DNA of 64,000 bases from Syntrophorhabdaceae bacterium (GTDB lineage Bacteria; Desulfobacterota; Syntrophorhabdia; Syntrophorhabdales; Syntrophorhabdaceae): assembly GCA_963665295.1 (NCBI GenBank), contig OY762209.1, positions 4,768,001 to 4,832,000 on the forward strand, given 5' to 3'. Positions within the stretch are counted from its first letter, which is position 1. Each line of letters starts with the position of its first letter. The notes beneath the pieces are model-generated. The model ran no database searches. It saw nothing but the letters and a program-made list of their open reading frames with translations, and was not told the DNA's origin. Positions 61,738 through 64,000 of this stretch are shown in pieces. A program made the position numbers and the translations under genes.

Positions 61738-62829
61738 ATGGACTCCATATCCTGGTCTGACAACCTGAGCAGCAAACTGATCGAGATAATCAAGACGGGA
61801 ATCCTGTTGACGGATACGGAAGGTCGCATCCGTTTCGCCAATAGTCTGGCGTCAAGACTCCTCGGCGTCCCGGAGGACGATTTGCACGGTATGCCGATCG
61901 CGGCCTTCTTCCTTCCGGACGATACCCCCATACTCCTTCCCAACATCATGAAATTGACGCGGCAAGGTTCGGGTTTCGAGGGAGAGGCACTCTTGCGGAG
62001 GAAGGACGGGGAAACCTTCTTCGTCAACCTCTCCACCACCCTGTACAAGGAAGTTGGAGCCCCCTACGAATTCATGATCTTCGCTATTCAGGACATTACC
62101 CATCTGAAAAAGATTCAACAGGAATGTGCCGGCTCCGAGAGGTTCGCAGGGCTGGGGATGATGACCGATCAGATTTCCCACCAGATTCGGAACCCCGTTG
62201 CATGCATCGGCGGATTCGCCTTGCGATTGGCGAAAGACCGGGTCTCTGCCGACGAGTACGCCCATTATACCACCATCATCCACGGCGAGGCGAAACGCCT
62301 GGAGTACATAATCGACCGCCTGGTGGAGTTCGCCCAGGTGCATACGGCGCGTTACGCCGCCCTCACCCTGGGCGAAATCATGGACGGAGCGAGAAAGAAC
62401 GGTGAAGCCTCTCAGGAGCAGGATTTCTCCAGGATAAGGTTTCCCGATCCGTCAAGCCTGCCCGAAACAGTCTTCTTCGGCGATCTCCCCCTCCTTGTCA
62501 GCGCCGTCTGCTGCGTGCTCCGAAACGGCGTCGAAGCCACCCCGGAAGACGGTGAAGTGGCGGTAACCGCCGACATGACGGGGGAACACGCGGTAATCAG
62601 GATCAGAGATAACGGCGAAGGGATCCCTCCCGAAAATATGCCCTTTATCTTCGATCCATTTTTCACTACCAGGTTCAATCTTCTCGGCCTCGGGCTCACC
62701 ATGGCCAAACGCATCGCTGAAACCCATAAAGGGTTTATGGAAGTTGACAGCACGGTAAATGCCGGCACCCATGTCCGTATCATCCTGCCCCGTGACCGGC
62801 GGCGTGAGGTTCGCAGAAAGCTCGTCTGA
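61738..62829 (+). CDS. PAS-domain sensor histidine kinase (cytoplasmic)
   Basis: PAS (RRKDGE.F.V...QDIT), H-box SHQIRNP, DNGEGI, FDPFFTT and GLGL motifs. Confidence 0.88.
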   Translation: MDSISWSDNLSSKLIEIIKTGILLTDTEGRIRFANSLASRLLGVPEDDLHGMPIAAFFLPDDTPILLPNIMKLTRQGSGFEGEALLRRKDGETFFVNLSTTLYKEVGAPYEFMIFAIQDITHLKKIQQECAGSERFAGLGMMTDQISHQIRNPVACIGGFALRLAKDRVSADEYAHYTTIIHGEAKRLEYIIDRLVEFAQVHTARYAALTLGEIMDGARKNGEASQEQDFSRIRFPDPSSLPETVFFGDLPLLVSAVCCVLRNGVEATPEDGEVAVTADMTGEHAVIRIRDNGEGIPPENMPFIFDPFFTTRFNLLGLGLTMAKRIAETHKGFMEVDSTVNAGTHVRIILPRDRRREVRRKLV

Positions 62830-62912
62830 AGATCTGCGACGGCACAGGACGACGGGGTTCACGGGATCGGTTTTGCTGTGTGAGGACCATCAGGGCAGGA
62901 ACCGCCCTTCCC

Positions 62913-64000
62913 TTAACACGCGGTGATGCAGAGGGCCAGTCCCCCTTCGGCGGTCTCCTTGTATTTCGAGCACATGTCTTTGCCTGTTTCCCCCATGACC
63001 CATATTGCCTTGTCAAGGTCCACCACGTGCCATTCGGGAATCTCGTCCCGTGCAAGGAGAAACGCGTTGTAGGCCTTCACTGCGCCCATGGCGTTCCGTT
63101 CAATGCAAGGGATCTGCACATATCCTCCCACGGGATCGCAGGTAAGCCCGAAGTGGTGTTCCAGAGCTATCTCCGCTGCATCTTCCGTTACCTTGAACCC
63201 GTAATCATGGGCATAAGCAAGCATGGCCGCGGCCATGCTTGACGCCACGCCTACCTCACCCTGGCAGCCCACTTCCGCTCCGGATATGCTCGCATTGTGT
63301 TTTGCGAGAAAGCCTACCACGGCGGCAGCGAGAAACCCCTGCCGCAAAATCTGCGCGGGCATGCGAAGCTGGTGCTTCATGATGTAGAGAATTCCGGGCA
63401 TTACCCCCGAAGACCCTGCTGTCGGTGCGGTGACGATCCTGTGGCCTGCGGCGTTTTCTTCCGCTGCGGCGATTGAATATGCGCTGAGGAGGATCATGAA
63501 CCGGTCCGCCGCGTGGGGCTCCTTCAAGGCCTTCCGGTAAAGTGTGGGGGCCTCCCGGTGCAGGCCTATAGGACCGGGAAGAATGCCTTCGGCCTCGATG
63601 CCTCTTTCAACGCTCTCCTCCATGGCCTTCAATACCCGGTCAAGCCTTGCATACACCTGCTCTTCCGTCATACCCGTGATGGCCTTTTCATTTTCGAGCA
63701 TCAACTCATGGAGACGCAGGTGACGGGTCAGGAGTAACTCATTGGCTTCTGCCATGCAGGTGTAAGGGAACACCGGCGCGCCCCGTTCGGGCTCCCTGAA
63801 TCCTTTCCATTCAAGGAAACCCCCTCCCACGGAATAATATTCCTCTTCGAAGAGGGTCCCTTCTCCGCCCATGAGGCGTATGACAAGGGTATTCCGGTAC
63901 GGGAACCCGTGTTCCAGGCCGTCGAACACGATGCCGTCCCGGGCCATGGTAAGCGTAGTGGGGCCTAAGTCCAGGTCATAGCGCACACCGTCCGTAGCCA
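62913..64000 (-). CDS. sdaA: Fe-S-dependent L-serine ammonia-lyase (partial, 5' end outside the window)
   Basis: YYSVGGGF, EENAAG.RIVTAPT.G, SISGAEVGCQGEVG and GLTCDPV.G.VQIPCIERN motifs. The frame is open to the window edge. Confidence 0.92.
   Translation of the reverse strand, partial: ATDGVRYDLDLGPTTLTMARDGIVFDGLEHGFPYRNTLVIRLMGGEGTLFEEEYYSVGGGFLEWKGFREPERGAPVFPYTCMAEANELLLTRHLRLHELMLENEKAITGMTEEQVYARLDRVLKAMEESVERGIEAEGILPGPIGLHREAPTLYRKALKEPHAADRFMILLSAYSIAAAEENAAGHRIVTAPTAGSSGVMPGILYIMKHQLRMPAQILRQGFLAAAVVGFLAKHNASISGAEVGCQGEVGVASSMAAAMLAYAHDYGFKVTEDAAEIALEHHFGLTCDPVGGYVQIPCIERNAMGAVKAYNAFLLARDEIPEWHVVDLDKAIWVMGETGKDMCSKYKETAEGGLALCITAC

Overview
This is a gene-dense chromosomal segment of moderately high GC. 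Gene content and protein style suggest an anaerobic deltaproteobacterium, possibly Syntrophorhabdus-like (inference). Most of it is housekeeping: htpX-rsmB-PASTA-rpe; aminotransferase-hom-apgM-pyrG-kdsA-kdsD-lptC/A fusion-lptB-rpoN; tRNA-Gly and tRNA-Cys; TRAP dctQM; dgt-valS-DUF294-CBS-gatCA-udg; lpxK-leuA-leuC-leuD-asd. It also holds a ~1,880-aa CheB-CheR-PAS-GAF-kinase-receiver protein, a DUF3300/DUF2950 pair, a PAS kinase and a partial L-serine dehydratase. I found no integrase, transposase, rRNA or CRISPR array. The most notable element is a minus-strand operon at 50177-58009: mvhD-metV-metF followed by three split glutamate-synthase-like genes (a degenerate ferredoxin/FMN-barrel subunit, an intact one, and a class II GATase-GXGXG subunit), with no gltD or hdrABC. 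Its leader carries a sigma70 promoter and an ANTAR-type tandem hexaloop motif overlapping an intrinsic terminator. This suggests an antitermination-controlled glutamate-synthase complex wired to a MetFV-MvhD folate/redox module. Several gene relics and atypical catalytic motifs are also noted. All family assignments come from motif recognition by eye, not database searches.
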